A stretch of 63,377 bases of DNA, the filler included, from Choristocarpus tenellus KU-1152 (taxonomy: Eukaryota; Protista; Phaeophyceae): assembly GCA_964200185.2 (NCBI GenBank). It is 4 parts of 4 records of this genome, joined end to end, with 100 filler letters (N's around TTAATTAATTAA, not from the genome) between each part and the next. Parts side by side here need not be neighbours in the genome. Positions count along the whole stretch, not along the records: positions 1 to 30,346 come from CAXNAD020000091.1; positions 30,447 to 53,919 come from CAXNAD020000242.1; 2 more parts are not named here. One strand, written 5' to 3'. The first letter of the stretch is position 1, and each line of letters starts with the position of its first letter. Positions 26,314 through 38,600 of this stretch are shown here, one piece after another. The notes under the pieces are model-generated. The model ran no database searches. It saw only the letters and a list, made by a program, of their open reading frames with translations, and had not been told where the DNA came from. The position numbers and the translations under genes were made by a program.

Positions 26314-29300
26314 CATTTAGTCTTCCAAGAAGCAAGCATATTAATGTTTGCTTTGATACTGTTGCCTTGCCAAATATTCCAAGAAAAATACACACATTGC
26401 AATCCTTAATCCATGAAGTTGTTATTAGAGGGATACCAACCCATGGTTGAACCCTCACCAAGTCTAACAACTTGCAATCCCTGGGATTAGCTTTTGTTAG
26501 AACTCCAATATCCCTTAGGTACTGAGAAAGAAAGTAGTCACCTCCCTGCTTTCTCGGTAGGTCAGGGCAATAGCTATTGTTCTTGCAGTTGTTTGTGTGT
26601 GGGGTGAGAGTCTTATCTATCAACTGACAGTTTATGAATAACTTGGAATGCATTAATGTGGAACATGGTGCAAGGTCATTTTGAAAGCATCAGTTTGTTA
26701 CCTGTTTTGTGGCAATTTATCAAAATTGAGTATCAAGCGATAAGTTTTATTTTAAAGCGCAAACACTCTAAAATGGTAGTTGGTACACTAAAATACTCAT
26801 CAAAAGAATTAATGCACCTAGCAGTGTGACTGGCAGCACTGCACTGATTGCAGTCATGTACATGATTCCTTTGGCACCACTTGCAGAATCATGTTCATTT
26901 TTGCTGATGATAGTGCTGGGGGTGTGTGCCTTGACTGATGTGTGTCACTCCCCACTCCAAACTATTATCCTAGGCAACACTCTTGATCCCTCATCAGAAG
27001 CATGAAGGACCCACATAGTGGGTTGTTCTGACTGGGATGGGTGTTCTGGTGAAGGCAGTGATCATATAGATACATGGTGATTGTTATTACACTCTATAGG
27101 TGCTAACATGCATTTGGTGCACACTTACTCCCTTTCTGGACAAGTTATTCTGGACACTGGGTCAATCAATAGTCCTTGACCTTTCATTTTGTCTTGTGAG
27201 GAAGCTGGCACATCACCATAGGGGTATTCTTACAATCTTTGTATTTTCACATTGATCTTGAGGTGTTGCAGACCTCTGGTCAAAAGGCACTGCAGAGGAT
27301 ATGCAATGAACACAGGAAGGAAGACAAAAATGAATGCAGAAAATATGGAGGAAATAACTCAAGGTAAGACTAAGAGGTGTAGCAAAAGATTAAGACCCTT
27401 CTCATTAGAAGTACCCCCCTACCTTTGCAACAGGAAATTCATCGTGGGGGAGTGCATCTCACCCACTCCTGTACTAGGCCAGTTTAGGTAGGTAGGTTTA
27501 TTTGGGATGTGACTTTACACTTGAATTGTGCCCTTCACATGAGGATGTGGCTGCCTCACCAAGTACAGATGTTTTCATTCCAGGGAGCGAATTCCTCAGG
27601 ATATTGGACTGGACATAATGCAACCTTTTCTTGATTTACTCATTGTATCTGGAAAACAGCAGTTTGATGCTATTGCTGCCAGTCAGACCAAGGTACACCC
27701 ATCTGAGCATGAACACCATGTTAAAGGTGGAGGGAGATCTATCCTTGTGTGGATGATAGTGATGACTCCATGGCCCACCACTTGAACACACCCCAGAATG
27801 CTTGATGGAGCCAGGTGACAAGAAAAGTCAATGTGGTGCTGCTGTTGAGACTGTGCCGCCTCTAAGTTGTGTTCTAGAAGCACACAGTCTCTCTTCTTGT
27901 AGTCCTGGGTCATGACCCTTTGATCAAGGTGGAGCCTGTGTGGGTGGTGCCGAAGGCAGGATTTAGATACCTGTTTAGGTCAAGTTCCTACAAACTTGGT
28001 GCCAGTGATGATAAACTATCTTACACTACTACACTTCCCAGAGGTGGCTTGTGTTGAAATGTTCCACACTGGACCTGCTGTCGTGTGCCTTGATAGAGGA
28101 CATACATGGCTTGATGTAGATATACAATATTATTGTTGCAAGAGGCTTATGGTCTCGGTTCCACTGATTAAACTTGTGCGGTGAGACAGGTGTAGACTAC
28201 CATTCCTATATTGTGTGGGGTTTGCAATTGTCCACACTAATTTACTACGAATCACTTGTCTTCTGTATAGCAAGTGTATCTTGAACATGACACAAATCAA
28301 TGGACACTAGTTAATAAATATATATATTTGTAAGGTATATATATCACTTGCTCTCCATCCTATTATCTAATCCATTGGTGGTGTCTATAGTGTATCATCA
28401 GCAGCACCATCCTCAACAGCTTGGACCAGCCCGAACACACCTGTACTTCTAATGGATGAGGATATCAGTTATCACAGGTTATGGTGTTGTCAATGGCAGG
28501 ATGAAGGCTTCCTCTTTCCTCAAGCATTATATGGAGGCTGTGACGGTGAACCTGAAATCAATCAATCACCTGCTTAGCAAACAGGGGAAAGATATTTACC
28601 ACGGTTGCTGCAAATGGTTTGTTCTCTCCTGCACATATGTCATAGGATACGCTAAATGCCACATCTAAGTTTCAAGAACATGTGACTCATTTTCTTACAG
28701 GTCTTGTCAATTTGTTATGCATGGTCTTGATGGGTAGCATTGTCCTCTGGAGAGTACTCCAGGACAATAATTTATAATGTTCTTTATATGTGTCTGACGG
28801 TCTCAAACCTGTTGCTGAAAACTATCCAGAGGAGAACCAAAAACTCAATACTTAATCAAAAAAATAATATTACATCGTCAAAAAGATAAAAAGGGAACTC
28901 AATGTCTTTTTAAGAGGGGCATTCAAGACCCAGACACGACTCAGCCAATTTCCAACAGGAATTAGAGAACTCACAGGTCCATTATTCATCTGAAGTGTCC
29001 AATTATCACGTATCACATCAAACAAGATGAAAATAACAGTAAAATAGGAACCTAATGAGTGAGCATAAAATCTGATACACTTGAACTATCATAGCTCCTG
29101 CTTTAGCATGGCATTCATCAGTTATCACTACTTCTCTAGGAAAACACTTGACCAAGAAGCACTTGTTGATTCCATCAACCATGCATGCATACTGCATGTC
29201 AAGATTTGTTGCTATCCACCCGACCATCTGTCACTTTCTTGGCATACCATATCAAGCTTTGGAGTGTAGACGTGATTCCTCGTCTTTCGTGTATATCACA

Positions 29301-29502
29301 ATGATTGTTTTGTTACTATTGTATTATTAGGCCCACATAAAATAGGGAAAATTTGACATAATTACGGAATATAGAATATCGTAAATCGAAAGGTTGTAAG
29401 GCATATCATCGCTTTCAAGTCTTGTGGTTGGTCGATATAATGAGTCAGAAAGGTACGCAATAATTAAAGTTACAAAGTGAAATCTCTACGACCCATATAT
29501 AT

Positions 29503-30346
29503 TGTGTAAAAAGGTTCAAACTATAGTTTTGCTTTATGTGATATGGATGAATGAATTAATTAGTGAAGTGACCATCATACCTCGAAGGCGGCTGCCCTGC
29601 CTTTTTACTTACTGCACACGTCAGCAGACACGTCAGAACGTGTCTGTGTCAGTCGCACTGCATCAATGGTTCTGTGTCAGTCGTAGTAGTTGCGTTAGCC
29701 ACTTGTAGCAAACCAAAAAGAAACGAACGAGCCCAACTAGACTCGAACCCATGACTCTTGACCTACATACTACCAGCCTATATTGCACACTCCCCCATGA
29801 GCATGTGGCAAAGTTGCTGACAAAGCTCACCCCCGACGCAAAAGCACAGAATGCACAATATCATAAGTTTCTTGCGCAAAAACTTGGTCAAAATGTCGGC
29901 CAGCTATTTTGATGTAGGAACATACCGTACGTGGAACAGACCCTGATCCACGTATTCTCTGGTGCACTTCAGCTTCATGTCCACGTGCTTCGTTCTCCCA
30001 TTGAAGCTTGTGATCCTGACCGCCCGCCTGGATAGCACCACGGTTGCCACATAACCAGAATGCCTCAAAGGAAGATGCAATGGTGCATGCCGTATGCCAT
30101 TGCCGTCCACTCTGCCTCGGAGCTGGAGAGCGTTACGGCACCTTGAAGCTTGGAGCGCCAGGTGATCAGCGATCTGTTGAAAAGAAGCAGGTAGCCCGTG
30201 ACGCCTCCTGCACATTTGAGAGTTGGTGCCCCAGTCGGAATCCCCATTCCCCACCAAGAGCTCCCTATTCCCTCTGTCCATATCGCCAGTTCCCCGACTA
30301 TGGCATAGTAAATGCAGACGTCCAGTGTCCCTCCTATGTAGCGCAG
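29503..30346 (-). mobile_element. Ty1/Copia retrotransposon 3' end: RNase H, polypurine tract and 3' LTR (29503-29789); truncated by the gap
   Basis: GDSDWG, ITWRSKLQGAVTLSSSEAEW, RTKHVDMK, VPTSK*LADILTK with frameshifts. PPT GGGGGAG is followed by a TG...CA LTR of 287 bp with TGTG(C/T)AA inverted ends. Confidence 0.9.
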
Positions 30347-30446
30347 NNNNNNNNNNNNNNNNNNNNNNNNNNNNNNNNNNNNNNNNNNNNTTAATTAATT
30401 AANNNNNNNNNNNNNNNNNNNNNNNNNNNNNNNNNNNNNNNNNNNN
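30347..30446. other. Artificial linker / gap
   Basis: 44 N + TTAATTAATTAA (stop codons in all six frames) + 44 N. Confidence 0.97.
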
Positions 30447-31664
30447 TAGTAATTTCGCGGGCCGTGGATGGCTGAAAAGCGGCTTCCTTGTTGTCCTATT
30501 AGTTTTTTTTTTGGTTTTTGGGTTTGGTTTGTGTATGTGTAAGGTGTATCCTTTTTATGCTTCCCTTTATTTATCTCGGATAGACCAACCTTATGGATTC
30601 CAAGTTGTTGGTTGTGTAAGTGCACATATAATTTCCTTGTCTTTTGCTTGCATGAGAGGGTTATTGATATGCTATTCCTGACCTAATGCATGTGCCCAAC
30701 CCCCCCATCCCCGTGCAGAATTTCCCTCTCAGTCAAATATTGCTCTTGAACTCTGCTGAGCTCATGGAGCAGTGATTTACCTAGGCGTATAGGGGTGGGC
30801 CGGCTGCCAACCAAGGATCTTTCCTAACAACGAAAACCTCATGTCGATTGGTAATTGGTTGAGAATCCATTTTTACTGTCCAAAAGTGGAAATGCTTTAG
30901 TTCATTCCTAAAGACTACTGAAAAAAGTGTTGCGATCATCATCGCGGTCACGCCTCACATCTTTCTGAACATATTTTTTTAATCCACCAATAAGAGCACA
31001 AGAAAATAGAAAAATCTCAATAACTCTAGCCGACATCCCGACACATGCTCCTAGAAAAAAAAATGAGGTATGTAAAAGAAACATGTGACGGACACAGTGC
31101 GAAAAGGGGAACGGCTGTAATAAAAGTTTTTCGCTTTTTTTTCTTACTTTTAAAGAAGATAGAGGTATAAGGAAAATGTGGGACAGGTGGACGAGTATAC
31201 TGTCATTAGGAACAGGCCTAGATCAGGAAACGTTCTGGTTTCCACTGACCATAAAATGGGTAGGCGGAGCAGTTTGATGTTCCGATATTTTTACCACTTT
31301 CAATGAACGGAGTACTGAATAGTTGGAAGCACTAGTGTGTAATTTGATGTATTCCATCAACTGCTCTTGCAGCGGCATGATGTACTGCTGGCTAAACTTC
31401 AGTCCCCCTATTTTAAGCCACTATCGTGGAATGTTATTCCAATCAAGTAAGACTGGTGAAGAAAGAGTATAAAAACTAACTGCACCTATCCTCAAGTTTT
31501 CTTGAGAACAGAATCTGGATTAATTTTGCCTTGTCAAGATTTGTAGTAGGAATTATTCACTTCATGCACTTTGGATGAGTCATGGGGTTTTTCCCCCTTG
31601 GTGGTCGGCATGTCGTGTTTTGAGTTGTGCTGGCAGCTGGGTGCTTATTTTGTGAAGAATGAAA

Positions 31665-31922
31665 GAGCCAATGTAACTTAGACGGTAGAGCCGCGTCCAT
31701 TTGGGGGTCAAAATCCAATGTTGCGATTTTGATGTAATTTTGTCTATCGTGTTTGTTAGGAAGTGTCAATATCCTTGTTCCAGACACACCCTTTAATTAC
31801 GTATAACTTCTACCTCCTCTGAACCATTTCGGAGTAGGAAAAGGTCATAAAAAACCCATCGGAAGCCAAGCCCCAAATGGACAAACAGGGCAAGACTTGT
31901 ACCCTCTAAGATACTTTCACTT
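31665..31922 (-). mobile_element. MITE family A, copy 1 (258 bp), upstream of the visible TBC exons (probably intronic)
   Basis: Reverse-complement match along its length to 54454-54710 and 55429-55686; terminal inverted repeats; AAA on both flanks. Confidence 0.9.
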
Positions 31923-32308
31923 AAAATCAGGTTTTAGTATACTGAAATAACTCAATATCAGAATACTCTCTGCAGGAGTACCAGTGTCGTTATTCTGGAG
32001 AAGGGGAAACTGAATTTTGTATGTTTTTGACAGGACAGTGATGTCTGTTGTACTGTTGCCTTTAAAGTAAAGCTGTAGATTGATTTTTTTTAGTGATGCT
32101 TGGCGATAGTGCCTCTGGCAGCAGTACTACTTGTATATTGCAACTGCTTATGTATTGATGACCACAGAGCTAAGTGTCCTAGTCCTACTTTAGAAAAAAA
32201 TGTTTTAGGTGCACCTCCATTGAGATGGCATTGGATCCACATCGATCCACTAGTTGCTGTTTTAATGTCCCCCCCCAATCCCCTCCCCTCTGTCTGCTTT
32301 GTCGAAAG

Positions 32309-33211
32309 CTTCACAAGTTTGATGCAGGAAGTAAGAGACCTCTTCATTGAGAACCTCGATGGTAGTGAGAACGGGCTACACGGCAAGATGGCTAACTTCT
32401 CACAAACTCTCCGTGAACATGACCCTGAGCTGGCTGATCACCTGGTGTGTGCCCTGCATGAGTCCGTCAATCCAGTCCTTAGAACAACCTCACTTCATAT
32501 TTGTCCACAGTACCATTTTGTTCTCCATCCGCATGTATCACTATAGAAGACGTGAACTATGAGTAAGGCCGTCTGTTTTTTTGCTATATAATCTGCGGAT
32601 TGAGCCCCTTACAGACCATTCACACCATCATGCTTAGCACAAACCTGCCACTTTGCTGCTGCATGACTCCATACCCCACCTTTCCATCCTTGTCGGTCTG
32701 TAAGGATAACCTTGAGCTTGACCCCAGGTATTTTGCACTCCGGTGGTTCACGACTCTGCTCTGCCGCGAGTTCTACCTCCCAGACACTATCCGTCTGTGG
32801 GACTCCCTATTTGCTGTCGCGGGGGATCGGTTCCGTTTTTTGATTTTTGTGTTTGTTGCTCTCCTTATGGAGCAGCGAGTGAGTCTCCTTAGTGGGGACT
32901 TTGCTTCCAACCTCAAGTTGTTGCAAGACTACCCCCCCATTGATATTACATTGCTGCTCAGTCGAACTCACGCTTTGGTTACAATGAGTGCCCGTAGGAG
33001 GGACGGGAGAGGAAGTGTGGGAGGAGGTGCTGCTGCTGTTGCTGTTGCCACTGCAACAGCTGCAGTGAATGGCCTGAATGATCCCTGGGTTAGGGAGGCA
33101 TCAGAGAGCGCCAAGGCTGCTGCTGTACAGATGAATACAGCTGTCAAAAAGTTATGGCAAGCAGCGGGGGAGATGACAGCTGGGGCTGCTGAGAGAGCAG
33201 GCCTGGGTTGA
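32309..33211 (+). CDS. TBC1D13: Rab GTPase-activating protein, TBC1D13-like; last two exons only (5' partial)
   Basis: FTSLMQEVRDLFIENLD..EHDPELADHL | DNLELDPRYFALRWFTTLLCREFYLPDTIRLWDSLF..LLSGDFASNLKLLQDYPP, the C-terminal half of a TBC domain; Ala-rich tail; stop at 33209-33211. Confidence 0.85.
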
Positions 33212-34128
33212 GTGCCAAGGGCAGGATATGCTGGGGGAGGGATGGCTGCCTTGTATCTTTTTATCATCACTTTGTAAATAATTCCATCGTGCCCAGTGGT
33301 AAACATTCCATGAGGAGAAGATCGTGAAAGAGGCATCAACTTTCACATCTAGTCAATCATTTTCATACTGTTTTGTAGGTGAAAAGGTTGACAGATCCAA
33401 ACTGATGGTCTTGCAGGAATATATGAAATGCTACATCTTGTATGCACTCCTTCTGTGGGCAGTCGTAAGATTAGTCAGGCAAATGGAGGTAATATTGCTT
33501 ACCCAATCTTAGGAAAAAGCGTTGAGGAACAGATTTTTTGGTGTGTTGCGTTTGATACCAACCTGGAAAATGACCGATTTAGCGCATCAAAAACTGATAG
33601 TGAGGGGAGCAATACGGCTTATGTTATGATATTCTGTTGCTGACAGTTTAAGAAATTTGGCATCCGCTGTCAATGATTTGTCACATGGGTAATATTGTGG
33701 TGTGCACTAAACTGTAACCCTATTTTTTTAAATGCTAAAACACAGTACAGGAAGAGGTAAGCAACTCAATGGGAAGATAGGGGAGCAATCTTGTGAAGAC
33801 TATTTTTTCCATTATTGGAACAACATGAAATGGGAAGTGACACTTTGTAGTGATACAGTTGCTGTCTCCACACATAAATATATGTGTAAGGAGTGTGAAG
33901 TCAAGCATAGGGGAATATCTCTGGAAAGCTTAGCTGTCATTATTAACCGGCTAGACCAATTCTTGCCATTATAATTATGATGTTATTTCACTGAGGAAAG
34001 CCTTCACAAAATATACTACTTGCTGGGCGTTGAGGTCATTTCCTTTGCATATTGCTTCTAGTAACCACACTAGATAGTTTCAGTCGCTTAGTCCTTTCTT
34101 CACAAAGATGAATCCGCTTCAGCGCTGC

Positions 34129-35016
34129 CTAACGCCTTACATTGGAGTCTTGCGGATCTGTTATTCTTGAATCCCCGCTACAGCTGTAACAAGATAGGAT
34201 CGCTCTATGTAGCCTTTGCCACAGGACCAGTTTGTTTGCCTGTCGCTCCAAATTGTCCGCCGTCTGGACAGCTAGGTCAGAGTTCACCCAAATGGGTACC
34301 TCGAGTGTAGAACATGGTTCTGTATGACCTAAAGATGCATGCAAAAATTCGATGATCTCCTGAACTACACGTCTCAGATTTTTGATCTTGCCCACACCTC
34401 GATTGTGCTGGATCCTGTGATCTAAAGCACTTCGGCGCAATACTGCACAAACGACAGACCGAGGATCCAATGCCACTGCAGGAAAAACATCACCACCACC
34501 ATGGACCCCGGTGGGTCTTGGTCCTGCCAGATGTGCTAGAGTAGACATGGAGCAAGATGAGAAATCATTCCTTGTGACTTCCTTCGGACCACAACCAGCA
34601 CCATGACACGCAACAGAGGGTGGAGCAACAGAGGGTGGACTAGGAAGGGGAACATGGCCACTCACGGCACTCAACACCATAGCAGCACGTTGCATTTTGC
34701 TCCTGCCTTCAAGGAGAGATGCCTGATCGTTGACGAAAGTCTCAACTTCTTCCCATGGAGGCTGAGGGCCGCACACAACTCGTTTATCTCTAGTACTCTC
34801 ACATTCGACATCCGTATTACAACTGTAGAGAGCGCGGAGGAGAACGAGGTGGGTGGGAAGAAACAGACTCCGAACGGCAGATACACCCGTTACACGTGGA
34901 AAGGGTCGCGTCCTGCCACAGCAGGAACCATCACCCCGATGTTGACGTTTCCTTGTCACATTAGGTCTCTCTCTATTAAAGGACAAATCCGACGAATCGA
35001 ATGTGTTGGACGACAT
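34129..35016 (-). CDS. Intronless hypothetical protein, ~295 aa
   Basis: Uninterrupted 888-bp ORF from ATG 35016 (CCCACA ATG). It is GC-richer than its flanks and divergent from PFP. No recognised domain. Confidence 0.6.
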   Translation of the reverse strand: MSSNTFDSSDLSFNRERPNVTRKRQHRGDGSCCGRTRPFPRVTGVSAVRSLFLPTHLVLLRALYSCNTDVECESTRDKRVVCGPQPPWEEVETFVNDQASLLEGRSKMQRAAMVLSAVSGHVPLPSPPSVAPPSVACHGAGCGPKEVTRNDFSSCSMSTLAHLAGPRPTGVHGGGDVFPAVALDPRSVVCAVLRRSALDHRIQHNRGVGKIKNLRRVVQEIIEFLHASLGHTEPCSTLEVPIWVNSDLAVQTADNLERQANKLVLWQRLHRAILSCYSCSGDSRITDPQDSNVRR

Positions 35017-35655
35017 TGTGGGGAAATTTCCTTGCCAATACCTCAAGAGTTGTAGTTTAAAGTTTGAAGCACGCCTTTATCAGCTCACTTCTCTACACCT
35101 GAACTTATACCATATGAAACACCATTACCTCTCAATAGTACAAACGCATTTTACAAACCAAGTAGGTTCCTAATTCATCAACAGTAAAAAAGGAACAGTA
35201 TAGTATCATGATGATAATATATAATAAAATTATTTCTACAATATATAGGAATCCAGAATTTATTGTTAGTCCAAGGTTCATCTGTTCTTCATCTATATCA
35301 ACCTCCACTTGAATAAAAGTTCAACAAAATGGAAAAGCCAGCCGTCATTGAAAGATAGAGACACTTTGATATGTAGTTATTGAGTGAACTGATCGGTGAC
35401 TTGTGATGACGTGGCTTTCACTTCAAGTGATTAATGCTCTGGGCGCCTCTGAGCGTTCTACAGGAATATATTCCCAGAAAGGATGCATAGTACATCCCGT
35501 CCCAACCACGCGTCCAACACCACACAACACAAGAACATCAACTCCTCCACTTTCCTGAACTTAATTGTATTCCTTCCACACCACTCACTCCACTCTTCAA
35601 TATCTCCCTCCCAGAGTCTGCAAGTGAGCACTACAGGAAGGTCAGGTGATCAAGT

Positions 35656-38600
35656 ATGACGATGGAAAAGATTGAGACCGAACTTCGTGGTTCTTTTTCC
35701 AAGCTCCAGCAAGAACGAGTCGCCTCCCGCTGTATCAAGCCCAAGGTCGTTCTTGCAGATGCAGTTCACGTCATGGAAAAGGAGGCCCTCGGAGCTAGGG
35801 ACCACCATGGTAGGACCGTTTTTGTTTGTGTGAAACGACACATATGTTCAGCTGTTTTCACCGCACAATACTTTGGGGAGTGTTTTTTGTGCCAGTTGTG
35901 GGTGTTTGTGGCATTTTCTGGGCCTACCATTGACCTTGAAAAAAAGATACGTAGAGTAGGCCATTGGTCAACATGGAATAGTTCTAGGTTGTCGATAAAA
36001 CTCACCTATTTCGTGTCTTCTCTCTCCTCCCTACATGACCGGCATGGATCATTCACTTTCATAGAGAAAATCAAGGCGCGGTTTCCTAGTACCTACGGCC
36101 GACCCCGTGTGGAGCTCGTGCCGGGTGGTGTGTCGGACAAGATAATGGCACCACTTAATATGGGTGTTGTTCTCAGTGGTGGACAGGCGCCAGGTGGTCA
36201 CAATGTCATCGCAGGGGTGTTTGACTTCGCCAAGAAATGTTCTCCTGACTCTAAGGTCATTGGGTAAGTTGTTTGACCACTGGAATTTATGACCAAGCAA
36301 AGTTCAGATCATCTTTGTGGTACCGTCTGTCGCAAGGAAGCGCCTAATCTCCGAGACCTTTCTCGGAAAAAGATGATACGGATAACTACCGTCACAAGTG
36401 AACGCACGATGCATCCTGTGCTACTTACCAAATGTTTTAGCGTGCCTCAGTTGACCTAACCTCTTTGACACCTAGCTTTGTGTTACTTCTCTCTCTTGAT
36501 TCGTGCACATTCTCCATTCCTGGACAAGATTCTTGAACGGACCTGCTGGCGTGATGAAAGGAATTTACACAGAGATATCTTGTGAGATGATGGACCGGTA
36601 CAGGTAGGTTACTTAACCCTAAAGCCTTCGGTATTTTGTTCCCTTTTCTCAACTTACAGAGAGTAACATGAATGAAATGGATACGTACCTGCCATCTAGG
36701 TCTTCAAATTGTTACCTTCCTTTGGAGTGTGAACCTTCCGAAGAGCTTTTCAGAATGCAGTACCATGTAGAATGAGTATTTTTTTCAATAGTGACGCCAT
36801 CGATTTTGCTTGTTTTTGGCAATATTATAACTACTGGAAACCTTCTTTTAGTGATTTCCTCTATGCTGTATACATCCCATTTAAGTGGCTGTCTACAGTA
36901 TCCATGCAAGAGAGTGGTAAATCAAGTTAATTTGTTGGATAGAACTTGTATTTTTATGTTGACACTTCAAACATGCAATGAGGGTGTACAACGAGGCATG
37001 CCCCACTCATTGACTGAATGCACTACACTCAACTACCTTGCTACCGCACTGACCATCCATCTTGCCACTCTCTTGTAGATGAACAATCTTTCTTGCTTAC
37101 AATCACAACCCATGACTTTTCACTCTGGTTCTTGTGTTGATAATTAAGTGAGAGGAGATGCCGTCATGTCTGCTATCCCTGTTTGCAGCTATTGGAAAGC
37201 CCTATTGATACCACTCTCATGTCTCTTCATGTTCGTTTGTCCTCTTTTTATGGTTGTTTTGTCAGAAACACTGGTGGTTTTGATATGCTGGGGTCTGGCC
37301 GTGACAAGATAGAGACAGCAGAGCAGATGGATGCATCCCGTCAGGTACAGAGAGTACTGGGCTGACGGCTTAGTTGCTTCTGGTAATCTGTCCAATATCT
37401 AACATGCTACAACATGATCCCTTCACAACAGAGGAAGAGTGGTAGGTATATGCTTAGGCGTGTGATCCGATGTGAAGTATCTAATGTGATAGTTTTGCAA
37501 AGCAATTCCTTTGAGAACTAATACAATGGACTTTGATTAATCTCTTCCACTGGTACTGCACGGCTGGTCAATTTGTTGTTGCATTCTGTAGAGGTTAAAG
37601 AGTAACCCTTCCATTTGGCATCAGTTTTTCTAACATGTACCGTAATTGTTTTGTGGTTGAAATTTAATTGTCCTACTAAGTCTGCTATTCTTTTATCGAT
37701 ATTCTTAAACTCACAGATACACTTCAAATTTCATTGGGAACTCCCACTAGTGGTAAATGTTGTAATCTTCAAATATATTCAGTTCTTATAGAAACATTCT
37801 TAACAATATCAGGAAAAGCTACATTGAAAAATGTTACTAGTATGAAACCATGGTTTTGGAACTTCCAACAATTCCTAAGCTGTCATTTTGATACGACTTC
37901 AAGAAGAACTCATTGTGCTAAAGCAAGAGGAGGTTAATTTTAAAATTTAAGTAGTTGGAATGCTTTCATCAATTAATAACAATGCCAATGTTTTGCCTTT
38001 ACGCTCTCATAATGGCTGGAGGATGACCACGTAGTGGGAGTTCCCTGTGAAAGGGAGGGCATTGCATATTTGATTTGATCTAGTGAATAAATTTTAAACT
38101 TGTACCTTCTCTTCGATATCAATATATCCATATCAATATATCCATCTAAGATTTAATTTCCTTGTCAGCTGCTGTCTGCTTCGCCTCATGTAAACTAGTT
38201 TTTGCTCTCTTCTATATTCTCTCTAGTGTCTTCCCCCTTACTCTCTCTTCCCCTTAATGGTTCTGTTGCTACTGGGTAAATCATCAATAATCATTGGGTG
38301 CTGCCGTGTGGTCTGATCTCGTTGCACCCTTGTGGCAGGTTGTGGAGGCTCTTAATCTGGATGGACTTATTGTGATTGGAGGAGATGATTCTAACACCAA
38401 TGCTGCCATTTTGGCAGAGTACTTTGAGGCCAATGGCTGCAAGACCAAGGTCAGGCACAAAGTGAAGTTCATTGATCTTCAGTAAAGTGCAGCCTGTCGA
38501 GATCACATGTGTTTAGGTTTCCGCTTGAATGATAAATAACCCCCCCTTCCTGGTTGTGATATATCTTGCGAAATCTGGTCTAGTTATGGTTATCAAGTGG

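Noticed and set aside
29729-29790. tRNA gene
   Set aside because: Only a T-loop-like motif; no acceptor, D or anticodon stems; lies inside an LTR.
30391-30402. TTAATTAATTAA palindrome as a biological site
   Set aside because: Identical in all three gaps and centred in N runs, so it is an artificial six-frame stop linker.
34603-35055. 150-aa plus-strand ORF
   Set aside because: Antisense to the longer 295-aa ORF; treated as a shadow.
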